Shown: positions 32,894-42,652 of the stretch, in pieces | Layout: every line of letters starts with the position of its first letter | Position numbering within the stretch: position 1 is the stretch's first letter | Assembly (NCBI GenBank): GCA_023334545.1 | Contig: JAADVB010000067.1 | Location: 1 to 64,000, forward strand | Direction of reading: 5' to 3' | Origin: Salisapilia sapeloensis CBS 127946 | Taxonomy: Eukaryota > Protista > Oomycota | Length of the DNA stretch: 64,000 nt | The notes under the pieces: generated by a model | Told to the model about the DNA's origin: nothing | Database searches by the model: none | Seen by the model: the letters and a program-made list of their open reading frames with translations, nothing else | Translations under genes and position numbers: made by a program

Positions 32894-34744
32894 CTACTGC
32901 TTACCGTCCGCAACGCTGTGGCGGGACACAGAGATATACGACATCTTCTCGAGACCGGCAGGTTCGTCCTGCAGCGGGTCCACAGGTTCAGAAGAGGACA
33001 GACCAAATTCCATCTTGAGCATCACCCACACGAAGAAGGCGAGGTTGACGACACTGATGGCAGCGACCGTGAAGAACATGTACTCGAGGTTGGCCTCGTT
33101 CAGATTGTCCGTCGGAATGTACTTGGAGAACATGATGGTGAACGTCGACGTCATAATACTTCCCATGGAAACCATGAAGAGGTTAAGGGCTTGAGCAATA
33201 CTCTTCAAGCCCTGAGGGACATACGAGTAGAACACATCGTACGCAGTGACGTTGATTAGACACTCGGCCATACCGATGAAGAGGTAGTTCGGGATAGCAG
33301 CGGCCCACGAGATGTTGTTCATCGGCTGGTGACTACCATCGTCGAGAATGGGCTCGCCATTCGCTTGGGTGAGAACACCAGCATTACGACGGATAATTTC
33401 GAAGGCACCAGCCCAGAAGAGACCAACGATGGAGACGAGGAGGCCAGCAATCGTACGGCCGAACTTGCTCGCAGGCTTGCCAGCGAACTTCTCGTACGTC
33501 GGGTAGATGATCGAGTCGAGGATCGGGATGAAGATCACAATGATGATCGGGTCGAAGACACCGAGAGCAGCGCCAGGCACTTGACTGTTGTCCGGCTCAC
33601 TCGTGTCCCATCGAAGGTCGCACTGCTGTGTGATCGACTGGAAGTTGGCATCCGTCTGATCATATGCGCACTGCCAGATGATGGTGAAAGAAGCGTATGG
33701 TAGGCATCGGATGAGCGCTTTGTACCCCTCGATCTTGTTCGGGTCATAGATGCCACCATACTCGGCGCTGGCAACGTTGAAGAACGACGGGTCCATACCG
33801 GACTTGACCCAGCTGACCATACCGATGAGCACGAGGACGAAGCAGACGTACGAGAGAGCCTCCGACGTAGACTTGTCCTCGGCCAAGAAGGCGGTGATGA
33901 CGTTCATGATGAAAGCAATGATGTAGCTCAAGGTGCCGTACATAAAGATCTTGCCGCCCGTCGAGTGCTGGCATACGTACCACGAGACCTTGAAAAACGT
34001 CGAGATGCACTTATCGACGGGAGGCATGTGCACGTAGCGAGGCGTGCCGAGAATGAAGATGAGGATAGCGACACCGAAAACGGCGGAACAGATCAAGTAT
34101 GTGGCAAAGTATCCGTACTCTGCTGGGATCTGAGGAGAGCCGTTGACACAGAGCGTAGACAGGTACGCGTACGAGAACGTCGATCCGAGGTTGATGGCAA
34201 AGTAAAAGTAGCTGAAGAATGTTTCCTTCTGCTTCACTTCGTTTTCGTCATGCGGATTGAACTGGTCGGCACCGAACGTGATAACATTGGACTTGATGCA
34301 ACCGGTTCCGACACCAATACCGAGGAACAGACCAACGACGAAGATGGGTGTGCAAATAGACGAGTTGTCCATGATGTCAGGGTACGCAGCGATAGCGACG
34401 AGGAAGTCACCAATGCAGTACCAGATACCAAAGATCAGGATGACACGCCACCGACCCCACTTTTCATCAGCAAGGTAGGCACCGAAGATGGGCGTGAGGT
34501 AGCACAAGGATGTCCATGTACTCTTGATGGCACTGGCGGACACAACACTCCATCCGATCTGCTGCATGAAGTTCTTGAGACCTTGGTTGATACCATAGTA
34601 ACTTAGACGCTCGGCAAGTTCCATCATGAGGATGAAACTCGAAACTTGGAAGAGGACGCTCTTATATTTAACAGGTCGGGCATCCCACACCGACGTGTAG
34701 CCGACATTCGGCGAGTCGGCCGCGGGGGACTTGATGTCAGCCAT
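32894..34744 (-). CDS. Proton-dependent oligopeptide transporter (POT/PTR, SLC15 family), copy 2
   Basis: ELAERLSYYG, GTGCIKSNVITFGADQF; collinear with copy 1; starts MADIKSP. Confidence 0.95.
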   Translation of the reverse strand: MADIKSPAADSPNVGYTSVWDARPVKYKSVLFQVSSFILMMELAERLSYYGINQGLKNFMQQIGWSVVSASAIKSTWTSLCYLTPIFGAYLADEKWGRWRVILIFGIWYCIGDFLVAIAAYPDIMDNSSICTPIFVVGLFLGIGVGTGCIKSNVITFGADQFNPHDENEVKQKETFFSYFYFAINLGSTFSYAYLSTLCVNGSPQIPAEYGYFATYLICSAVFGVAILIFILGTPRYVHMPPVDKCISTFFKVSWYVCQHSTGGKIFMYGTLSYIIAFIMNVITAFLAEDKSTSEALSYVCFVLVLIGMVSWVKSGMDPSFFNVASAEYGGIYDPNKIEGYKALIRCLPYASFTIIWQCAYDQTDANFQSITQQCDLRWDTSEPDNSQVPGAALGVFDPIIIVIFIPILDSIIYPTYEKFAGKPASKFGRTIAGLLVSIVGLFWAGAFEIIRRNAGVLTQANGEPILDDGSHQPMNNISWAAAIPNYLFIGMAECLINVTAYDVFYSYVPQGLKSIAQALNLFMVSMGSIMTSTFTIMFSKYIPTDNLNEANLEYMFFTVAAISVVNLAFFVWVMLKMEFGLSSSEPVDPLQDEPAGLEKMSYISVSRHSVADGKQ

Positions 34745-34776
34745 ATTTCGAAAAGACAGGCTGTGAGGTCGAAGAG

Positions 34777-34792
34777 AAATCGGCAAATGAGC
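34777..34792 (-). promoter_or_regulatory. INR+FPR core promoter of POT transporter 2
   Basis: GCTCATTTGCCGATTT on the minus strand, a perfect consensus match 32 nt before ATG 34744. Confidence 0.75.
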
Positions 34793-37673
34793 CTGAGTGG
34801 CGTGAAGAAATACAGACTGGTAAAGGGTGAACTAATACTGACGCTGCTATGCAAGAAGTATTTAACCCGGCTCTAGGCTCGAAGCTGTTGACGTAATTCG
34901 CATGCATGGCTGGTCTATGCACAGCCAGTGATCTTATCCATGTGCGAAGTGCGGGCTCTCGATTGGCCCACTAGGCGTACCTGGCTCATCGTCACGAAAT
35001 TTCTACCTACTAGGCGTACAAGTGCTTCCGACGTAGGTACATGCGACTCCTACGACTCGTGGCTAGATACATGCTTCGGAGACATTGGTCTATGTAAAAC
35101 TTGTGTAGTAGATGAAGAAGAACTTGACTCAGATCAGAACGCTGCGACTTTGTAGTCTAAACAATTCTATGCCAATGGAATCGCTTGATCGTCGAGGAAG
35201 CTGTCAAAGTGGTCCGGCTGAGATAGGCAGATGGAGATGGGCAGCAATTTTATTGGCTCGTCGCAGGATCTTGCCCGGATGTCAAGTGTGGAGACGAGGC
35301 GAGTGACACGAAAGTCGGTTTTTCATCGGACGAACGATTCGGGGAGCAGTCAAATACGCGTTCGAACGACAAAATGGACTTTTAGTAGATGCTAGGAAAG
35401 CTACATGGCCGTCCAACAACGATATATAGGATTATATCAGTATCAAGACATCGTATGAGAATTGCGTCGGTAATTGTCAGCTACGAAAATTTTCTCAGAA
35501 CTCTACCCGCAGTTCTAGGTCACGACGTGCATCGAGGCGAAAAGATGTAATTAGTCGCATGAAGGTGACGTTATGCCTCATTAGCCTATGAGATCGCTCG
35601 TTAGCGATGATGTAGCTCCGATGGGTTACTCTTGCCCAAGCACCAGCGCTATGGATCTGCGGCGCGCTGATACAGATGAATGCGATCTTGTCTATCTTGG
35701 TATCGCACGAAGTGTCTCGGTGTATATACCAACGGTCTTGGAGAAGCACCGTCGGAATGCAAGTGTATACTCGACATCTTTTGAGTTGTAGCGATACACA
35801 AGCTGACTAACGTATACCGCGGTCTTCAATCCCATAGTTAATCAGGTGAAAGATATACAACACAACGCGGGACGCGCAAGCTATCAGCTTCATCGCCAAG
35901 TTGAGATCAACCTATGATGACTGCGTCTGAGTACTGTACGACGAAAACCTGTCAGTTCGTAAGGTATCTATTCGGTTCGTAATGACGACTATCTTCCGAT
36001 CTACCAGAGTCGATACGAGTGGCATGCTCGCAGTCCACTTATCTTTTCTCCAAACGCCATTACTTCACCAGCACCAGGGCTTAGCATTCTCCACACGGCG
36101 CTACCAGCTTTAATCCTTTTTCCTAGGTTTCATTCCACCAATTCGCTTTAGTTGTACGTTAGAAATACTTCTCAGACATCATTGAATCCATTCGAGCAAC
36201 GGAATTTCCGAAGAAGATATAAGAAAATGTATGACAACAGACACGACAGATCTCCTGTCTTTGGTTCGGGAACTAAGATAGTCAAGATTCGGAATGCTCA
36301 TCAAGTGCCTACTGTTTTTTAAACGATTGACCTACTTTAAGTGTGAGATAGTCCAGAATTGCATTCAGATCCAGCGTCGACCGTACCTGCGACGCGTCTG
36401 ATTGCTGGAAACAATCAACAGCATCTTTTAGGATCGCAACAGAGAGTAGTACTCAGACACGAAAGTATCTGATGCGAACACATCACTTCATGCAGCACAT
36501 GTGTGGCTATGCGGAGTTACTGGATAGTTTAACCGAGTGTCGAGTAAGCCAAATGACAATATATTGCTTTAACGAATAGTAGTCGGAGTTGTGGTTCTCT
36601 TTCAATCTTTCACGTCGAGTTTTAGACATAACGTCAAGTCTTGGTCTTCTTGTGCAACCTGTTTAATATCATTATATTTACTCATAATGATCTACACGCC
36701 ATTTCCATCGATCAACTGAGCACGTTCGGCTCCCTGCATCCACATGAACAAGCGTAAATTTGGTGCATTGATCGTGTATACGAAATGCTTTACTACTAGT
36801 TCCGTACGACCAGTACCGTTTTCGTTTTGGTTGATTGCAACGCGCGAGAGCTCCTCGCAATCTAAAGAATACTCTCATCATTACAATGCCAAAGCGAAGT
36901 TGAAGCTGTTATGAATCGCACATCTGCCATGGTGGCTAGAGTGGTGTAGGGCGAAATTGTGAAGACAGATCACACAGTCATTTGGAACCTTGCCGAATAT
37001 AAGCATAGCATCTAAGCTTGTACTATTTGAGCTCTGCCGTTTCGTTATTTATCCATCTGAAAGGCACTGAGTACAAGCGCAATCCGTTAAAGTTCATACT
37101 CATCTTGTACTCGCTCGATACGTCGTCTTCATCACAAGCGTCAACTTAGTCTCTTGGCGCATGTCACACTCGATTCTTTGTCACGCATTCATGTTTCACG
37201 CATATCCATGCTTATCCTTGTGAGATCGTCACCGTATACACCTGATCTGTTGGCAAAGCTCGAATTAACCATCCTTAAATCGTACAGCGATCATCTGTTG
37301 GGAATACCTTGAGCGTACTTAACAAAGATAGTATATGCAGCATCAACCGTATCCACAGTCTATCCGATGTCTCCCCTTTACTCACAATGTTTAAACATCG
37401 CTTCTAGATTTAAAAGCATATTCGAGTTACCATGTAGCACTCCAGACCGATGAATCATCCTCTGGGTTTCCATTTGACTATCCACTACTTTGTTACAACA
37501 AGCAACATTTAACTAATATAGCAGAATACATTTAAATGCCTACCATCTAGCCTGGCTTCTCATGTTGTAACTTGGTCAGCAATGCAAGAAGCTCATGTTG
37601 AAAATGTCCAAAGCATGCTACGTTGTACACACAATTATATTATATACTTATAGTCAAAGTTCAATTTCAGCAA

Positions 37674-37746
37674 GTCGATGTCGTCTAGTGGTTAGGACGC
37701 GAGCTTCACACGCTCGAGATCGGGGGTTCGATCCCCCCCATCGATA
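37674..37746 (+). tRNA. trnV-CAC: tRNA-Val (anticodon CAC), intronless
   Basis: Cloverleaf: acceptor GTCGATG/CATCGAT, D-stem GTCT/GGAC, anticodon stem CGAGC/GCTCG with loop TTCACAC, T-arm GGGGG-TTCGATC-CCCCC, discriminator A73. Followed by a T-run. Confidence 0.96.
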
Positions 37747-37747
37747 C

Positions 37748-37753
37748 TTTTTT
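37748..37753 (+). terminator. RNA polymerase III terminator (T6)
   Basis: TTTTTT immediately after the tRNA 3' end. Confidence 0.85.
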
Positions 37754-39055
37754 CAATCAGTTGTTTTTGTTGATATCATATCGGCAAGTTGCCATAAATG
37801 CATCTTAAACAGAGTGCTTGTCTGGAGTTGCAGAAATATGCTTAACTTTCGAATTGTTTGGTTTTTATATGGTTACTCAAATGGTACATTTGTACAAAGA
37901 AAATGACCTACCACTTCTGTGATATCGTTTACTTATCCACCACTATGCACTTCTACTGCAAAAAGCAAAGTTGTAAGAAAATTTGAATGGACTAATCTTG
38001 ACATCTACTTGTGGAGTTAAAGAAACTAGATTATAAAGTTAATTGACGCATTGACTGTTTAGCCGTGAACGCTTCGACTAAATGTGCGCTATTCTTCTAC
38101 ATCCGGTTTGTAAAGCTCAATTTCTTTCCTGACTGGATATAATGATGTGCAAGGTGACTGAAGTGACTGCTACGATGGAAGCACAGATGAGGCAGATGTG
38201 TGACCTACCTGGTTTGATGGCTGCAACCAGAAGCATGACTGATAGTGATGTGGTGCCCGAAAGTTTCGAGTGATGTCTCGTAAAGAACATCTAAGCAAGT
38301 TTCGAAGTGGGCACGAAAATAGCTCGTTTAGATACTTTCATTTCTTTCTGGGTAAAGAATCTTTGAAGATACTAGAGAATGACCTTACTAAGCGATGCTA
38401 GCAGGCGAGTGGCAACTGGTGCGGCAAGAAGTATGTGACCTGATCATCTACACTGTATTGCATTGTGTGTCGGACGCCAAAAGCTCAGTACTACCGAAAT
38501 TCAACGCCTTGCTACTGAATGAGTTGTAGCATACCAATGCAGAGCGCGACAAGTTACTGGTCATGGCCTACCACTTGTACAAGTAAGGAAGAGCGTATTG
38601 TTATCAGCTTACAATGTTGTATGCGGCAAGCCTGACAAATAATAATCTGCTTTTGTATGCACGTCCTTTGTCGAAACTGGAATGGAAATTAACTGTGCAG
38701 AGTGATGAAATCATGATGCGAGCGCATCCAATGTACCCCTAGTGCTGACATCGCTCAGCTCATGTAGACATTTAATGCTCTCAATCATCAGTTTTTTCCG
38801 TACTTATAAAGTATCCGTGAATGAAATGGAAAACCCATCGATGAATACTCAACCACAACTCATTCCTTGTCATAACGTCCTATACAATCCTATCAAATAC
38901 CGATCCAACACGTCAATCACTTCTACTTGCATCTATTATACTGATACTGATAGCCCTGTTCCGAATTAAGTAGACTCGATACATTCAATTTCCACCGAAT
39001 CGAACAATTGGTTTTTCCCGCCAAACACACTTGCGATCGTCGCATTCGCTCTGTC

Positions 39056-41194
39056 ATGGACGCTGCCAACAAGAAGACACGTAAAGATGTGCCTCCAACC
39101 GACACTACCACAAAAAGCAATCTTCCCTGTAGATCTAATCAACCCAGTCCGAATGCAACGACCCCAGCGTCTCGATCAAATACATCGGTACGTCCACCAC
39201 CAGTGTACTCCTCTATCCTTTCCACTGCAGTTCTGTCTCCACGACCTGCAGTTGTTCCAAGTACGCTACTAACCCCCACTGGTCAGAATGCTGTAGATCC
39301 ATTGGCATCCTCACCAGTGGTATCAGATCGCCAAGCATCACTCTCTCCGTCCGAATCGTCCGATCCAGACAGTCTAGACGTGGAGAACGATGCACCTCAC
39401 TCCTTTTTAGCTCCACACAACACGTCTATTTTAGCTCACGATCCTGCAAATGACGATCAGGTCTTTGAATGTAGAATTGACAAGGGCAGGGAACCCATGG
39501 GCATGACACTGAGTTTCCGCACTCGTCGTGTTTGTGTACAAGACGTAGTACAAGGTTCCTTGGCAGAAAAAGCTGGTATAAAAGTAGGCGACTTTGTGGT
39601 TGCCATTAACGGCAATTACCTTGATGGACTAAGCTTCCAACGTGTTTTAAAAGCCTTAAAGGCACATGCCATGGGGAAACTCGTTCTTAAGATACGACGC
39701 AACGACGATACGTCGTCTACTACCAGCACAAAGCGTCCTGCATGTGCATCGAATAAGACTGTTAAACGACAAAAGACAGAAGAAACGACTGCAAGTACAT
39801 CTACGACGTCACGAGTGACATCCGCGACACCTGCAGTGGTCGCACCACCGCCTAGTACCCAGAATCTTACGCCTCCCTCCCGTCTTACAGGATCCACTGA
39901 CACTACTGCACACTCGTCCAAGACAAGTGCAAGGAGTACGATCCAACGGAATGTCGGTATCCGTGCCTCTACGTCTACTAGTCACCCGTCTACTACTCGT
40001 TCTACTAGAACAGTGACCACAGCAACATCTGCTGTCGTTACCTCCCGCCTTCCCAACTCACATAAATCCAACCAGAGCCGAGAGACCATCGACCTCACAG
40101 ACTCCACCTCTGACGACCGTCCAACCACAAGTCTACCTACCACTGCAATCACTCTACCTCCCTCTCGACCCTCGACTACAGCCCATACAGCCACCACTCT
40201 ACCTACCAGTACAGTCGCTTTTCGTACCTCTCAACCCACTAGTTATATCTGCCCGCCTGCCTCTCGACCTACTACAGCTATTCCACCTGCCAGTAGTAGA
40301 GTCCGTCCAGCTGCATCAACTCTGTCTGGTACAGAGCATCCGCCTACTTCTCTGTCTAGTGATACAGTGCTTCCATCGACATCGATCGGCGGCTCTGTAT
40401 CTACTGCACCAGAGAGGGTGGAGACAAAGGCGTCTGCAACCATGGACACTGCAACGCACACTCTATGTGCGATACGTGAAAAGTTCGAAAAGCAGATCGA
40501 GCTATTAAAGCAAGACTTGGCTGCAGCTGAAGCTCGAGCAATTGCCCATCACGAGCACTTTGAGCGTACTTCGAAGAGTCTCCAGTCCGACTTTTTCACG
40601 ACCGTCGGCAACCTCTGCAACATGTATCGTACGCTATCGAACGACAGCGCGTCTGGGATGATACAAAGAGAACTCACGAACGCCAAGGTCCAGTCGTGTC
40701 GAGATCGAGCTAAAGTGCAGTGGATGGTGAATCGAGACTTTCGACATGGACCGATTGAGGCACGTAGAATCCAGAGAGAATTGGTCGCGGCGTTCAAACG
40801 TACGTTGCGGAACGTCGACTGGAACGCATGTGTCCAGGCGTCGAATGAACGTCACATGCCATTTGCAATCAACGTCGAAAGCGTTCGAGAAGCTGCTTTT
40901 CGTGTCCTCTTCCAACGTCCGATGGCAGCTGGAGACATCAACGTGGCTGGACAAGAGCAGTGGTATGGGAATATGAATGGACAGACGATGACAGAGGTAC
41001 GTTTGCTACTCGACTATCGCTTCGTATCTAGACATAACTTGCTTCTGTAGATACTTGAATGGTCTTTGAATGGGTATGTGACGGAAAAGGGAGTAGAACG
41101 TCAAATCCATCTTGTCACGGGAAATACGTTGCGTCTCTTGTATGATCGAGAGATGGAACGACTGAATCTACAAGGCACATTCGTCATTCATTAG
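39056..41194 (+). CDS. PDZ-domain protein with Ser/Thr-rich linker, coiled coil and uncharacterised C-terminal domain (2 exons; intron ~40996-41050)
   Basis: PDZ: KGREPMGMTL..VCVQDVVQGSLAEKAGIKVGDFVVAING..LSFQRVLKAL..KLVLKIRR. The ORF-track stop TAG at 41048-50 coincides with a 3' splice site (GTACGT donor upstream), and an in-frame exon ILEWSLNGY...FVIH* follows. Confidence 0.85.
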
Positions 41195-41224
41195 CTAGAG
41201 ATAGAGTCGTACGCTTGTTTGTTT

Positions 41225-42385
41225 CTACTGCTCTCGCATCGATCGAGCGATGGCTTCTGCTACTTCATCGTCATCAAACGTCCCGTCGTCCTCGTTCGTC
41301 GTAGAAGTCGTCGCTTGCGTAGAAGTGTTTGACGCTTGTGTCGACGTATTGGACACGACAGAGCCGCCGGTAGATGCGAATGGGTTCTCCGACTCGGAGG
41401 TGGAGGATGCAGATCCGGAGGATGCGAACGGATTGAAGCCACCGGCAGGAGGTGCGCCGCCCATCATCTGCTGCATCTGCGCCATGGCGTTCGGGTCCGT
41501 CATCATCTGCTGCATGCGCTGCTGCATGTTCGGGTCGCGTTGGATCATGTCCATGGACTGCCGGAGCATGTCTGGATTCGACAGCGCTTGAGATAGCATC
41601 GGGTTGTTGCGTACCATGGGGTTGTTCTGCAGTGACTGGAGCATCATGGGGTTGTCCAGCATTGTCTGCATCTGAGACGTCCAGTCGCTTGCCATGCCAG
41701 GCATGGACGGAGCGTTCGGAGTAGCAAAGGAAGGAGCAGAGGAAGAAGACGTAGACGACTGATGGAACTCATCTACGATGCGCTTGCAAGCGACGAGGTT
41801 CTCCCACTTGTCGGCACTGGGGATGAGGACGACGTGATCAGCTTCTACGCCTTCCTCAAAGCCGAGGACTTGGATGATATCACGGGCGCCGGCGGCACTT
41901 AGTAGACGGTTTTGAAGCGCTTGGTTGCCTAGACGTAATTTACGATACTTTTCCTCGTTCGGGTTCTTGATAATGTTATCACATATCTTGTACAACGTCT
42001 GGATGGCCGTAGAGTAGTTCGAAGCCGACTGCATTTGCTGTAAAAGCTGTCGAATACGTGTCAGATTGTCGTTGGAAGGAGTGGAGCTCGATTGTATCGG
42101 AGTAGAGGAGGTAGACGTCGACTGCGTCGGGATCTTGGCTTTGGAGATGGTCAAGTGCATCGTACATCCGTCTTCGAGACGATAGTCGGTCAAGGACTTG
42201 TCATCTTGGAGCACTTGGCCTTGGAAGATGAGGCGCTGTGCGACGGCAGGAAAGCGAGATGCGTCTTGCTGTTCAATCAGTTGCTTGAGCTCTGACACGG
42301 TCGTAGATTCCAAGCTCGGGACTTGGATATGGAGCGAGTCGCTTTCGCTACCGACAACTTTAACCGACAGTCCGATGGTGGTCAT
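41225..42385 (-). CDS. UBL-PUB-STI1-UIM ubiquitin/p97 adaptor-like protein
   Basis: UBL (TTVSELKQLI..QRLIFQGQVLQDDKSLTDY..MHL), PUB (TLYKICDNIIKNPNEEKYRKLRLGN..LGF), M/N/P-rich STI1 repeats (MLDNPMMLQSL..NPDMLRQ) and a terminal UIM-like DDDEVAEAIARSMRE. Confidence 0.85.
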   Translation of the reverse strand: MTTIGLSVKVVGSESDSLHIQVPSLESTTVSELKQLIEQQDASRFPAVAQRLIFQGQVLQDDKSLTDYRLEDGCTMHLTISKAKIPTQSTSTSSTPIQSSSTPSNDNLTRIRQLLQQMQSASNYSTAIQTLYKICDNIIKNPNEEKYRKLRLGNQALQNRLLSAAGARDIIQVLGFEEGVEADHVVLIPSADKWENLVACKRIVDEFHQSSTSSSSAPSFATPNAPSMPGMASDWTSQMQTMLDNPMMLQSLQNNPMVRNNPMLSQALSNPDMLRQSMDMIQRDPNMQQRMQQMMTDPNAMAQMQQMMGGAPPAGGFNPFASSGSASSTSESENPFASTGGSVVSNTSTQASNTSTQATTSTTNEDDGTFDDDEVAEAIARSMREQ

Positions 42386-42652
42386 GCTCTTCTTCGTTTT
42401 CTTACAGGGAATGTATGGAAATGAGAAAGAAAAGAACAAGAAAGACTGATATTGAAGTTACATTGAAGTATCAGACTGGGCACTTGGGCACTTCCAGGAG
42501 CTTGTTCTACTTGATCCTACGTGACAGATATAGTTTATGTGGTGGATGCAAGTAGCTATTTATAGTATTAGCTGATAAAGATCAGAGACTAGAGTTGAAT
42601 TAAAATTGCTTGCGAGACTTGCCTCGAAGGTAGAGGGCGTTCATTGTGCGAA

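Noticed and set aside
31610-34606. Antisense ORFs (31610-32533, 33329-33703, 33965-34606) opposite the POT genes
   Set aside because: In-register shadows of codon-biased CDSs.
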